Origin: Bacillota bacterium
Lineage (GTDB): Bacteria; Bacillota; Proteinivoracia; UBA4975
DNA: 64,000 nt
Assembly: GCA_012523545.1 (NCBI GenBank)
Contig: JAAYIH010000046.1
Location: 97-64,096, forward strand
Direction of reading: 5' to 3'
Shown: one piece after another, positions 27,530-36,089 of the stretch
Position numbering within the stretch: the stretch's first letter is position 1
How the letters are laid out: every line of letters starts with the position of its first letter
Notes under the pieces: generated by a model
Told to the model about the DNA's origin: nothing
The model's database searches: none
Seen by the model: the letters and a program-made list of their open reading frames with translations, nothing else
Position numbers and translations under genes: made by a program

Positions 27530-27785
27530 CTTCCCCTATTGACGCCAGCTTTTTGTCGGCAGTAACCAGCACTGCATCTGCTGTTGCCGCCTAAGCCAAA
27601 TACAGGCTGTCACATTCCGTCAGGCCGGTTACAGAGGCAATTTCAATTGCAGAAGGCAATAGTTTTCTGCTTCAATGAGTGAAACCGGAATCCTGGACAG
27701 AGCCTGGGCGCCTGTTGGCAGCAGCCTGGGCCTTCAAGGCAGCCAATATTTCCGGGGGTACATCCCTTATCAAAATATCAGGCAT
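27530..27785 (-). pseudogene. Internally deleted FitA/FitB (VapBC-type) toxin-antitoxin relic
   Basis: AGGAGG RBS then MPDILIRDVPPEILAALKAQAAANRR (RHH antitoxin N-terminus), joined to LLPSAIEIASVTGLTECDSLYLA*AATADAVLVTADKKL (PIN C-terminus) with in-frame TAG at 27593-27591. Confidence 0.75.
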
Positions 27786-27806
27786 GACATACCCTCCTGA
27801 CAAGCA

Positions 27807-27825
27807 TGATAGCATTATGATAGCA
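27807..27825. promoter_or_regulatory. Tandem TGATAGCA sites upstream of the antitoxin relic
   Basis: TGATAGCA at 27807-27814 and 27818-27825, the same octamer as the FitAB operator half-site. Confidence 0.55.
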
Positions 27826-27940
27826 AATGCGCAGGAAGATTGCCACTTTTACTTGCAGAATCCTCTTTTGCCGGTATCCCGTATGGGCTGTTTTACCAAA
27901 CTGGCTCCTCATCCTCCGGGATAAGGAGCCAGATTCCTGT

Positions 27941-29308
27941 TTACACCATGTCTTCGGGACGAACCAGCCGGTCAAACTCTTCTGCCGTCAGGTAGCCCAG
28001 GCGCACGGCGGCGTCCTTGAGGCGGATTCCCTCTTTATGGGCCAGCTTGGCAATGGCCGCCGCCTTTTCGTAGCCGATGTGGGGGTTGAGGGCGGTGACC
28101 AGCATCAGGGAATTCTCCAGGTTCTCCCGCATTTTTTCCCTGTTGGGCTTTATGCCGGCAACGCAGTTTTTGTCAAAGGAAACCATGGCATCGGCCAGCA
28201 GGCGCACCGACTGGAGGAAATTATAAATGCACATGGGCATAAACACGTTGAGCTGGAAATTGCCCTGGGAAGCGCCAAAGGCGATGGCAGTGTCATTGGC
28301 CATGACCTGGCAAGCCACCATGGTCAGGGCCTCGCTCTGGGTGGGGTTGACCTTCCCGGGCATGATGGAACTGCCGGGCTCGTTTTCGGGAATGAAGATT
28401 TCCCCAATCCCGCACCGGGGTCCGCTGGCCAGCCAGCGCACGTCGTTGGCGATCTTCATCAGGTCTGCAGCCAGTGCTTTGAGGGCGCCGTGGCAGTAAG
28501 CCAGAGGCGCCTTGCTGGTCAGAGAGTGGAACTTGTTCTTTGCCGTCACAAACCGGGTCCCCACTTCCCTGCTGATTTCCTCGGCAACCAGTTCGGCAAA
28601 GCCCTCAGGCGCGTTGAGACCGGTGCCCACGGCAGTGCCGCCCAGGGCCAGCTCCCGCAGATCCTCCATGGATTGCAGCACGTACTCCCGATCCTTGACC
28701 AGCATATGCCGCCAGGCGCTTATTTCCTGGGAAAAGGCAATGGGCACGGCGTCCTGGAGGTGGGTGCGCCCGGTCTTGATAATGCCGGCGTTCTCCTCCT
28801 CCAGCCGGGCCATAGTATTTATAAGCCCCTCCAGAGCTGGCAGCAACCTGTTCTCCAGCTCCACAACGGCAGCGATGTGCATGGCAGTGGGAAAAGTGTC
28901 GTTGGAACTCTGGGACATGTTGACGTGGTCATTGGGGTGAACGGCCTTTTCCCCCATGATTTCATTGGCCCTGCGGGCCACCACTTCATTGACATTCATG
29001 TTGGTCTGGGTGCCGCTGCCTGTCTGCCACACCACCAGGGGAAAGTGCTCGTCCAATTTGCCCTGGCAAATTTCCCGGCAGACCTCCTCGATGGCCTGCA
29101 GCCTGGCATCGTCCAGGCGCCCCAGCTTGTTGTTGGTCCGGGCCGCCGCCTTCTTGAGGATGCCAAAGGCGCGGATAATTTCCAAGGGCATCTTTTCGGT
29201 GCCAATGCGGAAGTTTTGCAGGCTGCGCTGGGTCTGGGCGCCCCACAGTTTGTCCGCCGGGACCTTGATTTCTCCCATGGTGTCCCTTTCGATTCTGAAT
29301 TCCGTCAT
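27941..29308 (-). CDS. fumC: Fumarate hydratase class II
   Basis: [42 protein letters not shown]. Confidence 0.97.
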   Translation of the reverse strand: MTEFRIERDTMGEIKVPADKLWGAQTQRSLQNFRIGTEKMPLEIIRAFGILKKAAARTNNKLGRLDDARLQAIEEVCREICQGKLDEHFPLVVWQTGSGTQTNMNVNEVVARRANEIMGEKAVHPNDHVNMSQSSNDTFPTAMHIAAVVELENRLLPALEGLINTMARLEEENAGIIKTGRTHLQDAVPIAFSQEISAWRHMLVKDREYVLQSMEDLRELALGGTAVGTGLNAPEGFAELVAEEISREVGTRFVTAKNKFHSLTSKAPLAYCHGALKALAADLMKIANDVRWLASGPRCGIGEIFIPENEPGSSIMPGKVNPTQSEALTMVACQVMANDTAIAFGASQGNFQLNVFMPMCIYNFLQSVRLLADAMVSFDKNCVAGIKPNREKMRENLENSLMLVTALNPHIGYEKAAAIAKLAHKEGIRLKDAAVRLGYLTAEEFDRLVRPEDMV

Positions 29309-29368
29309 CCTTTTTCCTCCCTGTTCTGCGTTTTTCTGGTCCCAACCATTGGGCCCATTGCAACAAGT

Positions 29369-30397
29369 TTATGCTCCGGGCTGCACCGCGTCGGCCAGAA
29401 AGGCCCGCACCGCCTCTTCGGTGGTGGCCCAGGACGTAACAAGGCGAATGCAAGAGTGTTGGGCATCCACCCTGGACCAGACATAGAAGCCGTACTTCTG
29501 CTCCAACCGGGCAATGAGGCTGTTGGGCAGGATGGGAAAAATCTGGTTGGAAGGGGAATCGGTAAGGAAACGGTATCCCGCCGCAGCCAGGCCCGCGCGC
29601 AACAGCTCCGCCATCCTGTTGGCATGACTGGCCAGGGCAAAAAAGAGATCGTCCCGGAACAGCTCCAGGAACTGCAACCCCAGCAGCCTCCCCTTGGCCA
29701 GCATGGCGCCCCTCTGCTTCATGACAAAGCGAAAGTCTTCTTTAAGTTGGGGGCGGCAAATCACCAGAGCCTCGCCAATGAGGGCGCCGTTCTTGGTGCC
29801 GCCTATGTAAAAGGCATCCGTCAATTGAGCAATTGCCTCCAGGCTGAGGTCATTGCCCCGGGCGGTCAGGGCAGAGCCCAGCCGGGCCCCGTCTATGTAT
29901 AAGTATAGCTCATTATCCCGGCAAAATCTGCTCAGGTCTTCCAGTTCCGCCCTGCTGTAAATGGTACCGATTTCGGTAGAGTTGGAAATATAGACCAGCC
30001 TGGGCCTGACCATATGTTCATCGGTGTGAAAATCCAGGACCTCCCGGATTGCAGACGGAGTCAGCTTGCCCTCCCGGCCGGCCACGGCGATGACCTTGTG
30101 GCCGGTGGCCTCCACCGCCCCGGTCTCGTGGACGCAGACATGGCCGGTGTCGGCGGCAATAACCGCCTCGTGGGGACGCAAAAAGGCGGCAATGGCTGTG
30201 AAATTGGTCTGGGTGCCCCCGGGCAGGAAGTGGATGTCGGCATCATGGCAGCCCATGCGCTCCCTGAGCAGCTCCGCCGCCTGGCGGGAGAACCTGTCCT
30301 CGCCGTAGCCCTCCTCCTGGATGAGGTTGGTATCCAGCAATGCCTGCAAAATCCTGGGATGGGCCCCTTCGCTGTAGTCGTTTTTAAAGCTGTACAT
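29369..30397 (-). CDS. ltaE: Low-specificity L-threonine aldolase (PLP-dependent)
   Basis: F.NDYSEGAHP, GGTQTN, HETGA, DGARL, GGTKNG. Confidence 0.85.
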   Translation of the reverse strand: MYSFKNDYSEGAHPRILQALLDTNLIQEEGYGEDRFSRQAAELLRERMGCHDADIHFLPGGTQTNFTAIAAFLRPHEAVIAADTGHVCVHETGAVEATGHKVIAVAGREGKLTPSAIREVLDFHTDEHMVRPRLVYISNSTEIGTIYSRAELEDLSRFCRDNELYLYIDGARLGSALTARGNDLSLEAIAQLTDAFYIGGTKNGALIGEALVICRPQLKEDFRFVMKQRGAMLAKGRLLGLQFLELFRDDLFFALASHANRMAELLRAGLAAAGYRFLTDSPSNQIFPILPNSLIARLEQKYGFYVWSRVDAQHSCIRLVTSWATTEEAVRAFLADAVQPGA

Positions 30398-30440
30398 CGT
30401 CCTGCCTCCCGTTGGTCAAATCAGCGTTGTTGACAAACTA

Positions 30441-30478
30441 ATTAAGCATATGTTAATATACTTAAGCAAGCACTTAAA
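30441..30478. promoter_or_regulatory. Putative ArsR operator pair
   Basis: ATTAAGCATATGTTAAT and CTTAAGCAAGCACTTAA imperfect palindromes just downstream of TTGACA, upstream of the ArsR gene. Confidence 0.5.
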
Positions 30479-30497
30479 ACTATATGGAGGTATCCTT

Positions 30498-30839
30498 ATG
30501 CCCGCACTCTTGCCCATCCTCAAAGCCGTTGCCGATGAGACCAGGTACAACCTGGTCGAGCTCCTGCTCGCCCACGATTTCTGCGTCCAGGCCCTGGCCC
30601 AGCGGCTGCAGGTGTCCGAATCTGCGGTATCCCAGCATCTGAAAGTTCTCCGGGAAGCCGGAGTGGTCAGGGGGGAAAAGCGGGGCTATTTCACCCACTA
30701 CCAGGTGGACCGGGATCTGCTGAAGCAAGCGGCAGCCCAGCTGGCGGCCCTGGCGGAAACGCCGCCCGCGTCCAGGGAATGCAAGGAACACTTCGCCGAT
30801 GCCCATTGTTGCAAAGGAAAAGAGAACAACTGCTGCTGA
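30498..30839 (+). CDS. ArsR/SmtB family regulator with Cys-rich tail
   Basis: LKAVADETR, CV..LA..L.VSESAVSQHLKVLREAG.V...KRGY; tail C......HCC......CC. Confidence 0.9.
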   Translation: MPALLPILKAVADETRYNLVELLLAHDFCVQALAQRLQVSESAVSQHLKVLREAGVVRGEKRGYFTHYQVDRDLLKQAAAQLAALAETPPASRECKEHFADAHCCKGKENNCC

Positions 30840-30888
30840 CACAACCAGAATCAGCAAGTGACAGATACATTGGCTGTCCGCAGCCGTC

Positions 30889-31030
30889 TTGACGGTTTTG
30901 CGCCGGTATGCTACCTTTTGGGTAACGCCTGCCGAAGCAGGCAATATCCAGACTGGTAAAATCCACTTAATTATACCATGAAGGTATTGGCTTTCTCACG
31001 GAAAGCAGTACTGTCATGGTTTTTATTTTT
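30889..31030 (+). promoter_or_regulatory. Promoter and structured leader with intrinsic terminator ahead of the ECF S gene (candidate attenuator)
   Basis: TTGACG-N17-TACCTT; hairpin GCCTGC-cgaa-GCAGGC; long hairpin ACCATGA...GCTTTC-tcacg-GAAAGC...TCATGGT plus T-rich run just before the RBS. Confidence 0.6.
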
Positions 31031-31043
31031 GGGAGGGAATGAA

Positions 31044-31577
31044 ATGACCAACACCGCTGCAAAAAAAATAGTCCTGGCGGGGCTTTTCCTGGCCCTGGGC
31101 CTGCTGTTGCCCTTTTTGACCATGCAGATACCCAGCCTGGGCCAGGCTTTGCTGCCCATGCACATCCCCGTCCTCATGGCCGGCTTTGCCCTGGGCGGGC
31201 CCTGGGGGCTGCTCATTGGGCTGGTCACTCCGGTGCTGCGCAGCGTTCTCTTTGGCATGCCGCCCATGTTCCCCCACGCTGCGGCCATGAGCTTTGAACT
31301 GGCCGCCTACGGCCTGTTCACCGGCCTGCTCTATAAAGCGCTGCCCAGGAAAAACTGGTCGGTATACGTTGCCCTGGTCATCGCCATGATTGTGGGGCGA
31401 GTGGTGTGGGGAGCAGCCAGTTTGCTTATCTACGGGCTTCAGGGAAATCCGTTTACCGGGCAGATGTTTATCGCCGGAGCAGTCCTCAACGCCGTCCCCG
31501 GCATTGTATTGCAACTGGTTTTAATTCCCCTGCTCGTCTTCGCTCTCCAGAGAGCCAGGCTGATGGCCAATGACTGA
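31044..31577 (+). CDS. ECF transporter S component (substrate unknown)
   Basis: AxxxA in TM1 (AGLFLALG), LLPMHIPV, G...G...P, FGMPP; 5-6 TM helices. Confidence 0.85.
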   Translation: MTNTAAKKIVLAGLFLALGLLLPFLTMQIPSLGQALLPMHIPVLMAGFALGGPWGLLIGLVTPVLRSVLFGMPPMFPHAAAMSFELAAYGLFTGLLYKALPRKNWSVYVALVIAMIVGRVVWGAASLLIYGLQGNPFTGQMFIAGAVLNAVPGIVLQLVLIPLLVFALQRARLMAND

Positions 31578-32622
31578 CGAACTGTTGTCTGTACTCGAGA
31601 AGCACGCCCGGCAATATCCCGGCCTGCAGGTCCGGGATGCCGCCAAGCTGCTTTATCAGAACGAGCTGGGGCCCGGGCACATGATTAAATCCGCAAACGA
31701 CAGCCTGCGGCGCCTGGAGGCGGAACTTCCCGGCGCCCCGGCTGTCCCCTTTCTCTTTGAAGACATCGGCAACGGCCTCTGCCGCCTTCACCTGGGGGGC
31801 CTTAAGGAACGCGAAATTGCACCGGCCACCGTCAACCGCTTTTTCATCTTCACCGCCAACACCCATCAGGGCAGCATAGCCGGGCTGGAAGAAAAACTGG
31901 CCGTCCTGGCCGGGGCATGCCGGAAGGGGGACCTCCCCCTCCCCGTCGGTGAAGTTGAAGCCTTTATCCGGGACTGGAGCCGGCAGGGGTACCCGCCCGT
32001 CAGCCACAGCCCCGAATACCGCCGCCTGTACGCGCCGGCCTATCGGGTGGTCAAGGCGGTGTTCCGGGATTATTTCCCCCTCTTCGACCGCATCGACGCA
32101 CTGTTGAAGGCCGGGGGCGCCGTCAACGTAGCCATTGACGGCATGAGCGGATCCGGCAAAAGCAGTCTGGCCGCCCTGTTGCAACAGATATATGACTGCA
32201 ACGTCTTCCACATGGACGATTTCTTCCTGCCCCAGGCCATGAAGACTCCCCGGCGCCTGAGCCAACCCGGAGGCAATGTGCACCACGAGCGCTTCCGCCG
32301 GGAAGTGCTGGCGCCCCTGAGCACGGGACGCCCCTTTTGCTACCGGCCCTTTGACTGCCGCAGCCAGAGCCTGGGGGATGCTGTGTGCATCGAGCCCAAG
32401 CAACTGAATATAGTGGAGGGCGCGTACTGCCTGCATCCTGCTTTGGCCGACGCTTACCAGCTCAGGGTGTTCATGCAGGTCGGCCCCGAAACACAAAGGG
32501 CCCGCATCCTGCAACGGAACGGACCGGCAATGTACCAACGCTTTTTGGAAGAATGGGTACCCCTGGAAAACATGTATTTCCAGGCATACAAAATTAAAGA
32601 CCAGTGCGACCTGGTCTTTTGA
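31570..32622 (+). CDS. Two-domain protein: uncharacterised N-domain plus uridine kinase/PRK/PanK-type P-loop kinase
   Basis: AIDGMSGSGKS, HMDDFF, IVEGAY; N-domain KLLYQ...GPGH ... HS.EYR..Y.PAYRVV; overlaps the ECF S stop. Confidence 0.8.
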   Translation: MTDELLSVLEKHARQYPGLQVRDAAKLLYQNELGPGHMIKSANDSLRRLEAELPGAPAVPFLFEDIGNGLCRLHLGGLKEREIAPATVNRFFIFTANTHQGSIAGLEEKLAVLAGACRKGDLPLPVGEVEAFIRDWSRQGYPPVSHSPEYRRLYAPAYRVVKAVFRDYFPLFDRIDALLKAGGAVNVAIDGMSGSGKSSLAALLQQIYDCNVFHMDDFFLPQAMKTPRRLSQPGGNVHHERFRREVLAPLSTGRPFCYRPFDCRSQSLGDAVCIEPKQLNIVEGAYCLHPALADAYQLRVFMQVGPETQRARILQRNGPAMYQRFLEEWVPLENMYFQAYKIKDQCDLVF

Positions 32623-32648
32623 GAACTGTAACACCGGGGACCGCCGTC

Positions 32649-33071
32649 TCAACGGAGACAGCCGGAATCGTCCCCGGTGTTGCAATATTCAACAGCCAGC
32701 TGGATGTATTCATTAAGGGTAAGGTCCCGGACGCCGGCCACCCTGACATTGCACCGGTTTACGGGAATGAGGATCTTTTGGGCGGGACTGCGGGCGATGG
32801 CCAGGGCCATGGCCGGCGTGATTTCCCCCAGAAAAGCATCGGCCAGGATAATGCCCAGGGGACCGATGATGATATCTGCATCGCGGCAGTTTACGATGAC
32901 GGGGTTTTCGCCGGTGGCCCCCTGGTCGGCGCCGGCTTTGAGCATGCCCGCCGTAGCTATGCTGTTGGTGCCGATGGCCAGCACCTTCTGTTCCGGCAAG
33001 CTCTGTTTCAGCTGTTTGACGATGCTGGCCCCAATCTTTCCGCCCTGTCCGTCTATTACCACCACTTTCAC
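32649..33071 (-). CDS. DUF3842 family protein
   Basis: VIDGQGG.IG, GTNSIAT..M.KAGA..GATGEN, GEITP.MA.AI..S.A.KILIP. Confidence 0.85.
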   Translation of the reverse strand: MKVVVIDGQGGKIGASIVKQLKQSLPEQKVLAIGTNSIATAGMLKAGADQGATGENPVIVNCRDADIIIGPLGIILADAFLGEITPAMALAIARSPAQKILIPVNRCNVRVAGVRDLTLNEYIQLAVEYCNTGDDSGCLR

Positions 33072-34276
33072 TGCTTTTCCCCCTCCTTTTCCCTTTGTTC
33101 CGGCAAACGGGGCACATAATCGTGATCCACAGTGATAATTCCCCGGTAGCCGGGATTCAGCGCTTTCAGCCTGGCCTGGATCTCGTCCAGGAGTTCACCG
33201 TCAGCCATGGGAAAATCATGGGGCACTTCGACGTCGAAAATCAGGGTGGTGCGGGAAATCCCCCAGACCACCCGGAAGTCGTGCATGCCGATTTGCGGTG
33301 AAATCTCCCTGAGCAGCTCCGCCACAGTTTGCCGCAGGGCACAGGTTTTCTCGTCATCGACGTCAACGGGGTCCATGTGCACCACCAGGTCGATGCCCAG
33401 GTCTTCTTTAACGTCCCGCTCAATACCGTCGATTATTTCATGGCTTACCATTACGTTCTGGCTGGAAGGCACCTCGCAGTGAACCGAAGCAAAGATGTTG
33501 CCGCCGCCGTAGTTGTGCACCGCCAAATCGTGGATGCCCAGAATGCCCTCATAGCTCAAAATCTTGGCGTAAATCGCATCCACCAGTTCTTTATCCGGCG
33601 CCGTGCCCAGGAGGGGGCTGCTGGTTTCGCTGACCAGCTTCAAGCCGGAAATGACGATGAAAACGGCAACAATTGCACCCAGGTACCCGTCCAGATTGAT
33701 TCCGATCCCCCGGGACAAAAGCAGACCCGCCAGGACTGCTGCCGTGGAAAGCACATCATTGCGGCTGTCCGTCCCGGCTGCAACAAGAGTGGCGGATTGA
33801 ATCTTCTTCCCGATGTGCTTATAAAAGCGGGCCTGCCAAAGCTTGAGCAGGATTGAAACAACCAGGGCAAAGACCAGGACATAGCTGAACTGAACCTCTT
33901 CCGGAGCAATGATCTTGAGCACAGAGCTGTATACCAATTGCCCGCCGAGAATTATCACGATTAAAGAAATGATGAGGCCGGAAATGTGTTCGATGCGGGC
34001 ATGGCCAAAGGGATGCCGGGCATCGGCGGGCTTGCCTGAGAGCCTAAACCCTAACAGGGCGACCAACGAGGAACCGCAATCCGTAAGGTTGTTGACGGCA
34101 TCGGCGGTGACGGCGATGCTGTTGAACAGCGTCCCCACCGTTATTTTTACGGCGAAGAGCAGGAGGTTGGACACAATGCCGGCCAGTCCCGCAAAGGCGC
34201 CGTAACGCCGGCGCACCCGGGGATCGCTTATATTCTTATGGTCTTTTACAAAGAGCCTGATAAGAATGCCGGTCAT
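33068..34276 (-). CDS. Cation diffusion facilitator (FieF-like) with C-terminal extension
   Basis: ADAVNNLTD, HPFGHARIE, DSRND, HDL.VHNYG; ATG 34276 after AAGGAGG. Confidence 0.9.
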   Translation of the reverse strand: MTGILIRLFVKDHKNISDPRVRRRYGAFAGLAGIVSNLLLFAVKITVGTLFNSIAVTADAVNNLTDCGSSLVALLGFRLSGKPADARHPFGHARIEHISGLIISLIVIILGGQLVYSSVLKIIAPEEVQFSYVLVFALVVSILLKLWQARFYKHIGKKIQSATLVAAGTDSRNDVLSTAAVLAGLLLSRGIGINLDGYLGAIVAVFIVISGLKLVSETSSPLLGTAPDKELVDAIYAKILSYEGILGIHDLAVHNYGGGNIFASVHCEVPSSQNVMVSHEIIDGIERDVKEDLGIDLVVHMDPVDVDDEKTCALRQTVAELLREISPQIGMHDFRVVWGISRTTLIFDVEVPHDFPMADGELLDEIQARLKALNPGYRGIITVDHDYVPRLPEQREKEGEKQ

Positions 34277-34308
34277 GCCGGCACCTCCTTTCCCGGCCCA
34301 CTGCAAGA

Positions 34309-35152
34309 CTAAGCGAGCACGACGAAAAACTGCCAGTTATACAGCAGCGCAATTAACGCGGCCAGCATGAGCACCGTCACCAGGGAAAACGCCCTTTGCC
34401 CCGGGGAAGCGGTACTCTTTTTACGGCCAACCGCCAGGGCAACGGCCAGGCAGGCGGCAATGGCAGCCAGGGGATAGTTGAGGAGGATGTGGGGCTTAAC
34501 TTCGGCAAAGGAGCGGAAGTTATCCACCAGCATGCGCACTATCAGAATTGCATTGTTGGCCAGAAGGGCCTCCCGCACAATACCAGCAGAGGGATGAGCT
34601 TGTTCAGGCGCCGGGGCTGTTGCCTGCCCCGGCGTTTCATTTTGCCGATAAACAACGCAATGGGGGCAAATCGCGGGGTGAAGTATAGACGATGTCAAAC
34701 AAATAATCCTCAAAGCCGGCGGTATGATGCATGATATCCAGCACCGTAATGGAGGTTTCGTACTTCAGTTTGGTGAGGAAACCGGGAGGCAGGTACCCCC
34801 GGATATCCGCCTCCAGGTCCAGCCTGCCCTGTTCAGCCAGGCGCATTAGCGTGACGTAGACAAAGAGCTTGCTGATGGAGCCGTACTCAAACACAGTGCG
34901 GGCAGGATCCACGGCCAGCTTGTTTTCAACGTCGGCGTACCCGTACCCCTTGGACAGGATAATTTCGCCATCCTTGACCAGGACCACCGCCGCTCCCGGC
35001 GCGCTCCTGCCGATATACTGCTCCATGTACTCGTCGACAAATGCTTCCAGTTCCGCAAAGGAGATGCCCGACGGAGTCTCCCGGGCAGCAAGGGCCGTTG
35101 CCGGAGTGACGGCCAGGCAGGCCAATACAAGGAGGCAGACCAACCTTTTCAA
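34309..35152 (-). pseudogene. Internally deleted serine hydrolase (beta-lactamase/AmpC family, membrane-anchored)
   Basis: Signal peptide, PGAAVV, YG.AD, SISK (SxxK), HTAGFED, then a break near 34660. An out-of-frame hydrophobic C-terminal tail continues to TAG 34309. YxN and HxG motifs are missing. Confidence 0.7.
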
Positions 35153-35289
35153 GACTCAAACTCCCCTTTACCCATTATTGGCGCTCCCCGGCCAGGCTGG
35201 CCGGAAGCAGCGCCTGTCAGCACTCGGTCCGGGTTATGCAACCGGACGGCGGGAAATGACCCGCCGGCCGGGCGGTGCTGTTTCCTGCC

Positions 35290-35949
35290 TTATTTCCGAA
35301 TCAGGGCGATTATCCTGTCCTTGCAGAGCACTCCCAGCACAGCCAATACCGACGCCGCCGCCAGCACCGCCACAGCAACTGCGGTATTTTCCTGCTGAAA
35401 ACTGGCGCCGATGAAGCTGGACCCAACCAGGGCGGGCAGCCGGCCAGCAACAGAAAGCAACAAAAACCTCCCCGCCGGGACAGGAGTCAAACCGGCCGCG
35501 TAGGCGAGGACGTCCTTGGGCAGCCCGGGGAGCAAAAAGAGCAGAAACATGACGGCTTCGGATCTGGGCCCCCCGACCAGTTTCTGCAACTGCGCCAGCC
35601 GCTTTTTGGGCACGATTTTTTTTACAATCTCGTAGCCCAGCCAGCGGGCCAAAAAAAAGTTCAGCGCCGAGCCAATGGTCACCCCGATGATGAGGTAAAG
35701 ACTCCCCCAAAAAACGCCGTAAATATAGCCGCCGGCAATTTGCACAATTTCACCGGGGACGGCGGCCACCACAACCTGGAAGACCTGAAAACCTATGAAA
35801 ATGAGGATGCCCGCAAGCCCCCGGGATTCGATGTACCGCTTCAGTTCCTGCCGGCGGGAAAAGAGTTCGGACACCCGGGGGCCAAAAACTGCGGACAGGT
35901 ATATTATCAGCCCGATAAAACTTACCAGGGCGGCAATGCGCAATCCCAT
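35290..35949 (-). CDS. TVP38/TMEM64 (DedA/VTT-domain) membrane protein
   Basis: QVVVAAVPGE, AGGY.YG, F.LAR.LG, FLLPGLPKD. Confidence 0.88.
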   Translation of the reverse strand: MGLRIAALVSFIGLIIYLSAVFGPRVSELFSRRQELKRYIESRGLAGILIFIGFQVFQVVVAAVPGEIVQIAGGYIYGVFWGSLYLIIGVTIGSALNFFLARWLGYEIVKKIVPKKRLAQLQKLVGGPRSEAVMFLLFLLPGLPKDVLAYAAGLTPVPAGRFLLLSVAGRLPALVGSSFIGASFQQENTAVAVAVLAAASVLAVLGVLCKDRIIALIRK

Positions 35950-36089
35950 GCCCAGCTTATGCTTGCTGCCGATCCCTACCGCCTCCTCTGGCGTTCAAAG
36001 CATTTTAATTATTATACCACATCCCCCTGACCCTAAAGAAACAGCCCGGCAGCGCCGGAATCCCGGGTCAAGGCCGCCGGGCCAAACTG

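Noticed and set aside
27462-27593. DUF362 N-terminal extension, or pyrrolysine readthrough of the TAG at 27591-27593
   Set aside because: The segment is the PIN-toxin relic; the TAG falls at a normally hydrophobic position (YLALA), consistent with a nonsense mutation; no pyl genes in the window
27827-29902. 691-aa plus-strand ORF
   Set aside because: Antisense shadow across fumC and the threonine aldolase gene
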